Part shown: in pieces, positions 12,741 to 25,930 of the stretch
Layout of the letters: every line of letters starts with the position of its first letter
How positions within the stretch are numbered: position 1 is the first letter of the stretch
DNA from: Geosiphon pyriformis uo1
Lineage: Eukaryota > Fungi > Glomeromycota
Length of the DNA: 64,000 nucleotides
Direction: 5' to 3'
Assembly (NCBI GenBank): GCA_016748015.1
Contig: JAAOMT010000607.1
Location: forward strand, 831,765-895,764
Translations under genes and position numbers: made by a program
Notes under the pieces: model-generated
The model's input: only the letters and a program-made list of their open reading frames with translations
The model's database searches: none
Told to the model about the DNA's origin: nothing

Positions 12741-14899
12741 TTAAACAAAGGAATTCTCTTTACTAATAAAATATAAGGGTTCGGTGTGATTCCTTGAAAT
12801 TAAATCGTGATCTTTTGCAAGTTGCTTTGCTTTGAAAATCATTTGCCAGGTTGGAGTTTCCTCTACAATACAAAAAATTTCTGGGATCACACAAGTCTGG
12901 AAAGCCGATTGTGGCTGACTACCATCGGCAGCCGAAAATCACCAGTTAAAAAACTAGAGATCTCTCAATGCCAATAGTACAATTTGTTCCAGAAAAACCT
13001 CATGTCTGGAGCTTTCAAAATATGAATTTTGAGGGACCTTCTTTGAGCATTTTAACAACCCAGAAATTTTGTTTGTTGGAATGATAAGGACAGAAAAGAT
13101 TTCGACAGGCTTGCTCATTCCATCCACAGAAGCCACGACTGATTTAACGTGAAGGGTGTGAATTAAAAGGTTTAAAATCATCATGTGTAAAATGTAAAGT
13201 GAAGATAAAAGTAAAAATACATGCCCAATCTTGAAAGTGTATTGTGAATCAGGGGCCACTTGGACGTAGTCCCATGTCTCCTCAACCTTTAGTCTAGGCC
13301 TTTTGATTTTCTTCTTAATCGTGAAAGTTTCAGGGATTTTTTCCGTCTTTTCACCGTTTTCTTGAATGCTTTTGTTTTCAGGGTGACTAAAATAATCAAT
13401 ATCCATAGGCTCGCTTTCGTTAGATGCCTCATTAATTCGTCGCTTCTGTGAAAATGACGACTTATCATCCGATTTTGGAACAAGCGAGGATTCGAAAGGA
13501 TTTTGAAGATCTGATAATTGTGGAATTTTTGATTCCATGCCCACCCCTGGAGAAAATAAGTTCGGTTTCTCGGGAGACTTTTCTTCGATCAAAGACGATC
13601 TTAACACTTTTTGTGGATTAAAAGTGGTTCCCAATTCGAAGGTCCTTTGCAAAATTGGTTGTTTTTGAATAGTTTCCTGTGGTATTGTAGGAGATGAAAA
13701 TGGATTTGTGCGGAAAAATATTGGAGGTTGAAATGGTGCTTTTGAGAACGAAGACGGATTTGTAGGTGGCACCATGGAAATATTATTAGCCTTTACAACT
13801 AAAGATGTATTTCGATTATCGCTTTGAGGAGTTTTTCCAGGCGTAGGGGGGTCTAATGATGGGAGATCCTGTGATTTTAGCCACCAATGGTTTTCTTCGA
13901 TTGATTCTTCAGCATCGCTCGGAATTAGACGTTCCCAATGAAAGGGAGCAGGGTAGGCAGAGAAGAAATCAAAAGCTCTGCAGCGAATGCAAGTATGATT
14001 GTATTCCCTCCGAAAACTTTCCAAAAATTCTTCAACATAATCAGAACTATTAATTCGTGAGGAATTTGAAGGTGGTGATGAACTTGTCGGTATAAACGAG
14101 TCAAGCGGCTTTGATGGAGGAAATTCTTGACCACCAAAGGGCGATAAAGAAGTTGAACGAAAGACACTAGACATGGATGAAAGATCTGGAAGTGCTGGTG
14201 ATGAGCCAAGGTTACCAGAGCCGGAAAAAGAAGGTCCATTTCTCGTGGCATCTGAAGGAAGCGATGTGAATGGGCTTGTTTTAACCCCAAAACTTGGACC
14301 AAAGTCCGGTGTAGCATTTTGAGGAGGAGTTGTCACTACTGTTTCGAAAGGACTACTAATAGCTATTGAGCCAGATGCAATCCCCGAGATCGACGAAATA
14401 ATGGACTGGTTGGCGCTAGAAGAAAATCAAAATCTGGAGATGTAGGGAAACGCCTAAAATTTTTCCACCGAAACACCAGTCTGGTACTGTAAACTGCAAC
14501 TTACTCCACCTCAACAGTCTCATATTCCATTTCTTCATCTTCATCACGTCGTTCTGAGCTTCTTACTGGAATAGTTTTATCACGAATAGGAGCCCTTTGC
14601 CAGGAAAAATTATTTCCTCTTCGAGGCGATTTATTGTTTCCTCTACCTCTATTTGGGCCATAATTAATTTGAGGTCCCAGCCGCTGAGAGACTTCGCTAC
14701 TGAAAGCAGCTCTCTCTGAAGCTGATTGCCCACCTGAAACATCATTTCGGATTTGCATGTTTCCATATGGTGCAGTTGCTCTCCACGGTCGATTCATTCC
14801 CCGACCGCGGATTGGCTGTCCATCAACTCCTTGACGTATTAAAATACGACTTTGATTTTCACGAGGAGAATTTTGAAGGCTGCTGCGTTTCTCTGCCAT
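12741..14899 (-). CDS. Hypothetical low-complexity protein with RG/RGG repeats, Ser/Pro-rich body and a probable C-terminal CCCH-type finger; 3' end uncertain (stop at 13015, 12954 or 12741 depending on splicing)
   Basis: ORFs 14899-14505 and 14415 onward are joined in frame by intron 14504-14416 (GTAAGT..CTAG); a putative GC-AG intron 13224-13139 yields RGFCGWNEQACRNLFCPYH; CpG-rich, gene-like composition. Confidence 0.7.
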
Positions 14900-16349
14900 G
14901 GTAGTAATGTGAAAATACTCGTACGATAAATAGTTGTTGTTTTCTAGTAGGATGCAAGAAATTTAGCATGAAAACAATCTTCAGCGAAATTAAAATTCCG
15001 AACTATAGAATCTTCGAATCAGGAAATTCACCATTAACATGCTAACATACTGTTTTTATAGTTTTCACATTTTATTATGTTCTTCAGAATTTTTTTCTTT
15101 TTTATATTTCTCAAAATTTCAAAGTAAAAAATTTATTAAATTAATTTTAGTATTATCCAGAACAATTAGATCAGTTTACTACTAAAAAATTTATTTATAA
15201 TTAGCTAGATACCAAAATAACAAATTAATAAATCGACAAAATTAGACCATTTTAGAATAATTGATAATTAAATATTTAATAATTTAAATAATAATTAATA
15301 ATAATTTATTGTATATAAAATAAATAAAAAAACTTTTTGCTTTTTAGTTTTGTAAATTTTATGTTTATAAAAAACAACCATTATTTTTTATAATATAAAT
15401 AAGAAAACAACAAGTAAACAATTAAACAAATTTTTTTATTATGCTTTTATAAAATATGACCCAATTATTATCTCAAACCATACAATAAAATATTATTATA
15501 CAAAAAGCTGTGGCATACACTTTTACTACATGTGATTAGCCATTCAAGCTGATTAAAATTATATCTTTTTATTGAGTATTAAAAGATTTAACAACTTTAA
15601 TAAAATTAAATTAAAATTTAAAACCAAATTTAAATAATCTTTAAAACCAAAAATTGAGTATAAACCAAAAACAAAATTAATTAAACAAGTTTTATCAAAA
15701 TTTATCAAAATTAAATAATTACTTATATTAAAAATAATAAAATATTTAATAATTAAACTTTTTTTTTATATTTTATTCTGAATTTAAAATTAGATATTCT
15801 AATTTTTTTTATAACTTATAATCAAAACTTAAATAAAATTAACAACTTTAAATAATATCAAATTTACAATTCCAAAAAAACCAAAAAATTATTTACATTA
15901 ATTTTTAAATACCAAATTTTTAACAAAAACTATATATACAAAATCATTTTTTTTAATTAATATTAAATAATACAAAATAAAAAAATTAAAAACTAAAATT
16001 TTAACACATAATTTTTATATTTTAATAAACTTATTAAATTTAATACACAAAAAAAAATGATTTAAATCTTTTTTTTATATTAAATATAAATTTTATTAAA
16101 GTAATTTTTATTATAATGTTTTTTTCTAATTATTATTAATAGTTTTTATAAAAAGCTTTAATAAAATATATATACAAGTTATTAAATCTTATATTTGTAA
16201 ATTCAGATTTAATATATTTGTTAAAATGCTAAATTTACATTAAAAAAGATTAATAATTTTTTTTTACATATTATAATTTATAAATTTAATACCATAAAAA
16301 TTTTTTTATAAAATATTATTAATAAAATCAAAAAAAAACTTTTTTATAT

Positions 16350-17053
16350 TGTTGAATATTTTTTAATATAATAATATTATAAGTTTTAATAAAATATTTA
16401 ACAATTTATTAAAATAATTAATAGTTTATAAAAATAACTTGTAGTTTGTCAAATATATTTTAGTTTACCAAAACATAAAAAAAAATGCTAAATTATAAAA
16501 AAATATTACAATAAATTATTTAAAAAAAGAGCTTTTTTTTTGAAAAAATATATTTTAAGATAACAAATAATTAATTAATACAAATCAATTAAATAAAATT
16601 TACTTTAAAAACCAATAAAATTTTTTATATTTATTATTGTTTAAAATTCACAAATTTTGATTAAACATTTTAAAATTAATTAATTATTAATTTTAGATTT
16701 AAATATAAGATATTTTTTTTATGTTTTTATTTATTTTAAATTCTTTTTTTTTATATTATTAAGTAGTTACAATTAAAATTTTCTGTAAAAAGTAGATTTT
16801 TACTGCAAATAACTACATATTATTAAAAAAATTTTATAAAAAAATTAATTTTTACTGTAAAATAACTATATAAAATAATTAATATAGAATTAACTATTTC
16901 ATTATAAGTTTTAATAACATAAATAGTTCAAAGTATTTTTTTATACTTTGAAAATAAATTAATTATTAAAAGTTTATTAGCTTTTAATAATAACAGATTA
17001 ATAATAAAATAATATTAACAATATTTAAAAAAAAACTAAAATTATTAATAATA
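16350..17053 (+). repeat. Highly eroded Gypsy-B-family LTR relic
   Basis: ttctgtaaaaagtagatttttactgcaaataactacata and aatattaacaatatttaaaaaaaaaactaaa are colinear with 5095-5376 and with the reverse complement of 50367-50660. Confidence 0.5.
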
Positions 17054-18799
17054 CTATTAAATAAAAAATCAAATTTATAATGTTTTTAACTTTTTTAATT
17101 TTAATTACAGATTGTAAATTTATTATATAACCTAAATAAAACTTTATTTTTTTTATTTTATACAGTAAAAAATTATAATAAATTTTTTATAATAAAAAAA
17201 ACACTATATTTTAATTTAAATTATTATATAGTATATAATTAATTATTAAATCAAAATTTGTTATTTTATTGTAAATATATTCAAAAAACGTTATAAATTT
17301 ATTATATATCTAAATTTTAATTAAATTATTTTTTAAATAAGACAACTTATTAAAATTATAAGTTTTATATATTTTTTATAATATTAACAAAATTTTATGA
17401 TTTTTTTAAAGTATTTTTAATTATTAAACTAACAACAAAAATAGATATATATGTAGAAATACTTTTAAATATAGAAAAATTATTTTTATAAAAAACATTT
17501 TTTTATAAATAGTCAAAATTTTATTAAAAATAATCTTAAAAAAAATCTTCTTTATTATTTTTATTAAAATAATTTGTTATGTATTTGTTAAAATATTTTT
17601 TTATTCATAAAATTTAAAAATTATTAAAACTTAAGCTTTTTTTATTCATCTAAAACTATTTTTAAACACAAATAAAAATTTATAAATCTAATAAAAAACC
17701 CAAAATTATTATATTATAATGTTTTTATATTTTATTTAATATATTAAACAAATTAACAACTTTGTTATTTAATAACTTTTTAATTATTTTTAAAAACTAG
17801 TTTAAATTTATATTATTTATTACATTAGAAAAAATTTTATTGCTTATATAATTTAAAAAACTAAATTATAAATACTAAATATTATATATTTTTATAATAT
17901 AATTTATCTTAGATTTAATTAGCTTAAATTTAAAATAAGTTCTTTATTAGTTACCAAATAATTTAATACAACATTTTTAAAAAGTTTTTTAAATATATTT
18001 TTAATTATTTTATTTTTAATCTTAATAAAATTTTCAGTCTAATTAGTAATAGCTATATAAATCTTAATATTTTAGCTTTAAACAATTTAGATAATTTATA
18101 CAACTTTTTGATTTTGATTAAAGCCTAAAATATAAAAACCTTAAAATAAAATATTTTCTTTGAAAATTTTCTCAAATTAATGTTCTGTACATCAATAATT
18201 TTTTGTTAAAAAAATTTTTTAATTCTTGAAACTAAGGCTAAAAGTTATATCCAAAGCAGATTAATTGTTTATTAAAAAAATTTTTAAAAATAAAACTAGT
18301 TTATTTATTATTTTATATTAAACATAAAGATTGCTTTAAATGATTATAACACAAAATTAACAAAATATTATTATTTAACAGATTTTTTATTTAGTTAAAA
18401 GTGAGTTTACAAACAAATTATTGATAATATTAAAACAAATTACATTTTGACTCATTTATCAATTCTTTTATTGTTTTTAATAAAATAATTTTTTCGAATT
18501 TTTCCAATTTTAAAAATAAAATCTATAAAATGATAGGTCTTATGCTTAACATTAGAGAATAGAATTAGTGTTAGCTTCTAAACTTTATTATGTATTAATG
18601 AATTTAAATTTAATTTCTTTTAAAACAAATGTTAATTGTTAAAAATTCAAATTATTTTACAATATAATTTTTTATTTAATTTTTGATATTTCTAATTAAT
18701 CAGGTATTAATTACATAAAATACACACAAAGTAGATTTTATTAATTATTAAAACATTTGTTTATAATCTAAAAACTTATTTATTAGCTAATAAACTGTT

Positions 18800-19230
18800 T
18801 GTAAAAGCTTTTTAAACAATTTCTTAAATCTTGGATTAAAAATATTAAAGTGTTTTTGTTAAAAAAAACACTGGAAATTTGAGTTTAAATGTGACTGTTA
18901 TTGTTAATAGTAATATTGTCAAAAATTACTAAAATTAAAAGTAGGCTAATAAGTATTAAATTTCTGTTTTATAATAAAACTTTTATTATAATTATTAATA
19001 TTTATGCTAAAGCTTTTGCTAAGAAAAAAATAATACAAACTTAATTTTTTAATAAGATTATAACAAAAATGCTACATAAAAATACTTATATAATTATTAA
19101 TAGTAATTTTAATAAAAATAAATATAATTATTATGTAAATATTGCTTTATTTAAAAATATAATTTGTTTAATATTCTGTTAAAAAAGCCTGAAATAAAAG
19201 ATTAAACTTGACAAAATTCAAAAAGTATAC
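18800..19230 (+). pseudogene. Eroded LINE APE-endonuclease relic
   Basis: Translates as ..VTVIVNSN..SRLISIKFLFYNKTFIIIINIYAKA..IINSNFNKN, matching GVAII / RLLFKNKLSVSILGLYAG / LGGDFN of the better-preserved LINE ORF2s in this window. Confidence 0.45.
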
Positions 19231-20327
19231 AATAATATTATCCAAATAAAAAACATTTACAAAAATTTAAAAAAAAAGATATATAACAAAAATTACACAA
19301 AAAAAATATATAATTTAAAAATAGTAATAACAAATAACATAAAAAAATAGTAAAAATAGCAAGCTTTTAAAAGTTATCTAATAAAATTAAAAATATGTAT
19401 ATATATAAATAGTTTTAGTTTAAGAAAAAAATATTTAATTTTTAATAGTAATTAAATTTGGTTTTATTACTATTTTTTCAAATTTAATAAAATTATTAAT
19501 AAAATTTATATTTTTTGATTCGAAAATTTGAAATTAGTTAAAATAGTCTAAAATAATACAAAATAACAATTTAATAATTTAATTATTATAATAGTTTGAT
19601 AAAAAAAAAAAAAATTTAAAAAAAAGATTTTATAAAAGATTATAATTTACTAAACAAAAAAAAACAATGTTAAATTCTATTAATTATAATAAAATAACAT
19701 AAAATAAAACATATTACAAATAAAATTAAATATTTAATTTAATAAAAAAAACTATTATTAATATTAAAATATAAAGGTTTTAATATTTTTAGAACTTAAA
19801 AATAAAATAATTAACAAAAATATTAAAAAACTTTTAAATTTAATTAAATTTTTAAAAATTAATAATATATAAAATAAACATTAAAAGTTATATTATTCTA
19901 ATAAAATAAATTTTAAATTTTAAATTTTTTGTTTTTAAATAAAAAATTTTTTGGAATTTTAATTAAAAATAATATTAAATATAAAATAATATATATATTA
20001 ATTAATTTTAAGTTTAATATTATTAGAAAATAAATTATTATAAATTATTATAAATTATTAAAAATACAATATTAAATATATTAATATGATTATATAATTA
20101 AAATTTAATAATATTTTTTTAAGTAAAACTATTATTTATATAAAGTTTTATTATTATTATTATTATTATTAAACATTTAACAAGTGCAGCCCTAAAGTTT
20201 TTTAATATTATTAAAAAAATAATTTGAATTTAATGTAATAATTATTATAATTAGTTGTTTTTAATTTAGTTAATATAATAATAAAATTTTTAATAAAATT
20301 TTTTTTCAATTTTATAAACTAAAAAAA

Positions 20328-22497
20328 AGTGTTCTTCTTTGGACCGTTCTGTTGACTCTAATGTTACAGATGATTATTTGGAGTCTCAAATCAAATAACA
20401 AATCCATAACTTGGTACTCAATATCTTGATAATACTGGTAATACTAGTATGTTGGTTGTATTTGAAGGTTTTAAAGTTGAGTTCTTTGTATAATAAACAG
20501 AGATTTGATGACAATATGGTTGGTGAGTTGTTTTTCTAATTTTTGTTTTCAGCATGGTGGCCAGTTTATTCTGGCAGTCATGCCTTTCTGGTAAGCTATC
20601 CGTTAATATATATATTCTTACTCTTATCTCTGGGTCTTTTATCAGGCTATCTATAACATCAATAATTCAGCACTTTAATCTTTAATCAATTAGTACACAA
20701 CAATAAGATCAAAACAAGAAAAAAAATAAAGACAATAAAAAAAAAGATAATGAAATAAATGAAAGCAATTACAAGTTAGTATCCCGTTAATAGCCATGAT
20801 CAAGAACTATTGTTTCAGTGTTTTTAAGTATCAATTACTATCAACATAAAGTGTTGATAGTAGAGAGTGGATTGAAATAGTGAATAATTATTTATTAAAT
20901 ATTTGTGAATAGAAGGTTGTTTAGATTAAATCTAAACTGAGAGGTCTCTAACTAAAAGATTCTTTTTTTTTGTAATTTTAATAATTATGATTTTGCAAGT
21001 CTAATTGATTCTATAAATCTAATTGACTTTGCAAATTAATTGACTCTGAGTCCCATTGACTCATTTTCTAACTTTTGATACTACTGCTATATATACATAT
21101 TTGAGATTCCTTAATTCCTCAATTCTTTATGTCAGGAATTCTGCAATTCCTTTGAGAGGAATCCTGGAATTTTGGAATCCTGCAATTTCTCCTATAAGAA
21201 TTCTGCAATTTCTGGAATCCTGTGATTCCTCTGAAAGGAATCCTGGAATTCCATATTTATTACATCTATCTATGATTGGCTAATTTATATGCTAATATAC
21301 TTTTTATATTTTATGAGTAACACCAACTTTTCCAAAAAGTGCTGGATTGAGAAAAAACACATCCATTCTACTATCACTTCTAAGAATCTGTCAGTTGTTT
21401 GGGTCAAGATTAAGAGTTATTCTGGAATTGTTACTAATAAGCGTGCAGACTTTTTTACAGATGCTGCTACCAGTTCGAAGTTTGTGCTGCCTGTTGGTGT
21501 GATGCATCACTTTCTTGCTGTCGAAAGCAGGCCTGTTTCTGGTAATGCTTGTCACTTCATAAGATGTCTTTTCAATGCTGTTAATTTTGTTGGGTAGGAA
21601 TTTAGGTGTACAGAATATGCTGTGGATCTTAGTCTTAATATGCTGAACATTCAAAGTTTGGCATCCAGATGGTAGTATTTGCTCAGACTTTTTTAGTTTT
21701 GCCTTTGTGGTGTTCAGGTCTTATTTTATAAAGGCTCTGCACCATTGGCTGCCTACTGTAAAAAGGAAAAAGTTGTACAAATCGAGTTATTCTAGTATTT
21801 TGTACATCTATTGCAGTTTGACTGATAATTCTGATCATGTGTTTTTATGTAAAAAAAACTCTGATGCCAAGAAGAAGTTGATCTTTAATATGGTTAGTGC
21901 TTGAATTGCCATGTTGAACATTGGCTATGCTAGATGTGCTGTGGTTTAATCCTTGCATATGGCTAAATTGTCTGATTACTTATATATGGCTTTAGCCAAA
22001 AGTTTTGTGGTAAAAAATTGGGTGGATAACACTATGAATATGTTGAATCTTGGATCTAATAGGAGATTATTGGTCATCAATATGATCCATAACTTCACTG
22101 AAAGCCACAGATCTACTATCTGGGTGCCAAATGTCAGGCTGAAGGTGTATTATAAAAAGCATGATCTTTTGCTGAGGGATAGATCTGTGGCACCAGCCAT
22201 TTCTGGATTGGCCTCTTAGTGGTCTTGTAAGGAGATTTGTGATTTTGGTATCAGATTAGATATTCATATGTGTTTTGGCTTGCATTCTGGATTGGCAAGT
22301 ATGCATTTTGGTTTTCCGCATAACTTCTCAGTAGTTGGTAGTTTAGGTGTGTAGTGCTGTCTTGACTGGTCCAAGTGGCTGGTTATGTATAGAAAAAGCA
22401 TGAGCCACACTTAATTTAGGATTCTGTTTGATCTTATGTATTTAAGTAGTAGTTAGACTGCATTTATTAATAAAAAAATAATAATAATAATAATAAA
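20328..22497 (+). mobile_element. 5'-truncated LINE fragment (RNase H end, C-terminal zinc finger, 3' UTR, A/(TAA)n tail) interrupted by a solo LTR
   Basis: KKCWIEKKHI..WVKIKSYSGIVTNKRAD, RSYFIKALHHWLP, YCSLTDNSDHVFLC; stop at 22354; 3' UTR homologous to 33981-34092; tail at 22470-22497. Confidence 0.85.
20362..21322 (-). repeat. Solo LTR, family b
   Basis: TGTTACA..GAGTAACA termini; reverse-complement match to 31341-32216 including the GGAATTCC array; 4-bp TSD CTAA/CCAA; LINE frame resumes on both sides. Confidence 0.85.
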
Positions 22498-23014
22498 TTT
22501 ATTAAAAAAAATTGTAAATATTTTAAAATAATTAATATAAATTTTTAAATATAATGAAAATTATTTTTATAATTAATAATTTATTTAATAATAAAACAAT
22601 TAGTTTTTTTAAATTTCAAATAAATTGCAATTTTTTGATACAAAATATGTTATTAAACTTATTAGATACTTGTATTATATTGAAAAAACATTAAATTCTT
22701 AAAAATAGTTTGAATTTTTATGATTTCCAAATTTTATAATTAAAAAAAAGTTTTTATAAATATTTAATTTATAATTTTAATTAAATTTACTTTATAATTA
22801 TTATAATATTTTAAAAAAAAACAATTTTTTTGTTTTAAAAATATATATTATATATTTATTTATTTTAATAAAAAGATTAATTATTAAAAAAAAAACTTCT
22901 TTCTTTCTTATCTCCAAAAATTCTCAAAAAGCATATTTTTTGTGAAAAGAAGTTTTTTTGTTTTTTAGTTTATTTTAACATTTCTTTATCTAGTAATAAC
23001 CCATTTTTCGGGAT

Positions 23015-24884
23015 ATGAAAGCTACTGCAAGTAGCTCCATATCTAAAAAAAAGACACCTAAAAGTGCTTTTCATGGTCCTGCTGGTGATTCATTTTCTCA
23101 GAAAAAGAAAGTTGTCATTGGTAATATCAAACACTTTGGTAATGAAAAAGATATATCTTTAAGTAAATCTGGGCCTGGTGACAGTATATATTCTGATGTG
23201 GATAGTATATCTGGTAATGATAAAGATGTGGCATGTTTGGTGTAAATAATGGATCTCTTTTGGGCTTGGCTGCTACTACACCCAAAGCAAAGTGGGTTAA
23301 TACTGGTGCTGTTTTTGGTTCCCCACTCGGTTCCCCCAATTTTTATATGGATAATGATAAAGTTGTACTCCCTTCTTGCTTGTTTATTTCTCTTGAAAAG
23401 AAGTAGATTGACCCAAAGATCATTAAAACTCCTATGAAAGTGTTAGTCAAAAAGTTGTTTGTTTTGGATATTAATCTTTCAGCTGTAAAAGAGAAATCAG
23501 CAATGGCAAAAACTCAGTTAATCAAAAAAATTTTTTCTTCAGTTAATGGTTTTGGGGGAGCCCACTACCCTTTCAAAATTTGAGAGGATCATCTGATTGA
23601 CATTTACTTCTAAGGAAAGCTTGATTAAGGCTATATTATTGGCCAAAGAGAAGGGGATTATTGTAAACAGCAATCTCAAAAAACAAGAAATTTGTTCAGA
23701 TTGGGCTGTAGTAATCAAAAAAATTCTCATAAATATGCCAAAAGAAATAATCATTATCATAGTATCTGAGTTTGGTTATATTAAGTCAATCAAGATTCAG
23801 CTAATTAGAATATGGCAAAAGGCTGTGGCGGAATTTGCTGAATTGGAACAGGCAAAACAGCTGGCATCAAGATAGTCATTCCTCATTGAAAAAACTCAGT
23901 GCATGTGGCTATGACTGTGGAGGATCAGGATACTTGGATGTCTAAGGATTGCTTTAGGGTGCTTTTGTTTACTTTGCTGATAGGAACAACTGCACACAAT
24001 CTTGATACTCTTTTGGAAAGAGCTGGTGGGAAAATTTGTGTGATCAACCATTTTCTGGAGACTGACAACCAAACTTACTGTGCTATTGTAGGTTTTGAAT
24101 CTGAAAATAAGCTTGAGTCTGCATTTTGCACTGAGTCAATTTTTGGTGATGTGAAACTTTTATGGGCTAAATTGGACTTGGTTTGATGTGAAAAGTGTGG
24201 GAAGTTTGGATACTCAACTTTGGAATATAATGCTTCTGACTTTCTGGTGTTTGCTCTTTCCAAAAAAACTTTTAAAAAAAATGCTTTTGATGTAAATTGT
24301 TTTCAGTTGGCCAGATTATATGCCAAAAAAAATGTTCTTATTTCTTGTCCTGCTGTCTTCAGTAACAAGTTGTGGGCTCAAGTGGTTTCTTTTGCATCTT
24401 CTTTTGGTGGTCTTCAGTTTGATTCTGGTTCTGGTTCTTTTCTTTCTGGTGCTTTAGATTTGGATGATGGTTTTTCTTTTGTTCTGACCAATAATTTGTC
24501 CTTGGTTGCTTGTTTGGTCTTTTTGGAATAATTCTTAGAGTTCTTGAGTAATCAAGTTTTTGGCATTGTGTGCAAACTCAACAGCATAGAATTGGTGCCT
24601 TTGGCCCCTTTTCTCTCTTCTGGTCATACAGTTGTCCCAATAATTATCGACTTGAATTTGAACTTGGATATAATTTTGGATGATTCTGTGGTGGTGCCTG
24701 CACCTCCTCTTGTTGTTTCAGCTCTGGGCTTTAGCAGCTCAAAGATTTTAACTACCAAGGTGGGCTGTTTGGAGTTTAAGTTGGTGGTTCTTGAAGTCTC
24801 TATTGGTTCTGTTTTGGTAAAGTTAGATTAGTTGTGTGCTAACTCAGGTTTCAAGATTTCTTCTTCCTCCCAATATGTGGTTTG
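23015..24884 (+). pseudogene. LINE ORF1 (nucleic-acid-binding, CCHC knuckle), multiple stops
   Basis: Colinear ORF fragments 23015-24831; homologous to minus-strand ORF1 at 49284-50366 (FTSKESL, KIQLI, FRVLLFTL, TWASVV-like). Confidence 0.8.
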
Positions 24885-25930
24885 ATCTGGAAGATAGCTA
24901 TGTGTAATGTTCGAAGCATTAATGTGTCTGCTAAACAGGAAGATGTTGTGTGCTGGCACAAAGACTCAGGGAATATTATTTTAGTGATTATGGAAACAAA
25001 GCTAAGGCCTAACATTATGCATTGGATTATGAACAGATTCAATGGTGTGCAGATTTTTACTTCTGGTTTGGATATAAGTTTTTTTGATACTGGGGTGGCT
25101 ATTATTATGGACAATTTCTTAGTGTGTCATGTTTTTAAGGTGGAGGAGATTTCTAGTTGTGTTGTTTCAGTTCATTTCCTCTTCAAAGACAAGACTTCAG
25201 TTTTGATTGTCAGTTTGTATGCTGGTGCCTCTTCTGGTGTTAGGTTCAGTCTGGTCTCTGAGGTCAATTTTTTTATAGTCTGGATGGTTAATTCTAGTAC
25301 TTTTGTTGTCTTGGGTGGTGATTTTAATAAGAACAGGTTTAGAAAGAGTACAAGTTTTGGGTTTTGTTCAAATTTGAGCTTGGTCAATTTCTTTGGTGGC
25401 CATTTTTTGGCTAGTGCACCTACATAGAGCAATTTAAAGGGTGTTAATAGAGTTATTAACTATATTTTTGTTAGTGAAAGCCTCATTTTAGCAGTGGCTG
25501 GTCACAAAGTTGGTTCTGTTTCTGAGTTTTTTAATACTAATCACAATGCTGTTTCTATTTTTGTAGACTTGAGAGATCTTCTGGATGCTCAATTAAACAA
25601 TATATGTAAGTAGGCTAATAAAGATCATTGAAAGTTCAAATTGAAAGGAGTGAATGATAGCAGGTGGGAATGTTTTAGAAAGTGTTTTTTAGAAAAGTTT
25701 TTGGCAAGGGCAAAAGAGTTTCTTGATGCAGAACATGGTAGTAACTTGGATGCAATGTGGAAGATTCTTAGAGAGGTGGTAGTTGATTCTGCTGATGATA
25801 TTTTTTCTCAGCTCTAGTTTAATGAGTTTAATTGTGCCAGAAATAAGCTATCTTCAAAATTTTTCAGATTGGAACTGCTGTTGTCTAAAATTGTCAAGAA
25901 ATTAGGTTTAGGGCTGGGTTCAACAGCCAA

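Larger units (their letters stand above)
15050..20320. repeat. Extremely AT-rich desert of fully eroded transposon relics
   Basis: Very few G/C bases; recognisable remnants include a Gypsy-B LTR, an endonuclease relic and a minus-strand LINE 3' tail ((TTA)n..aagtgcagccc at about 20150-20192). Confidence 0.6.
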
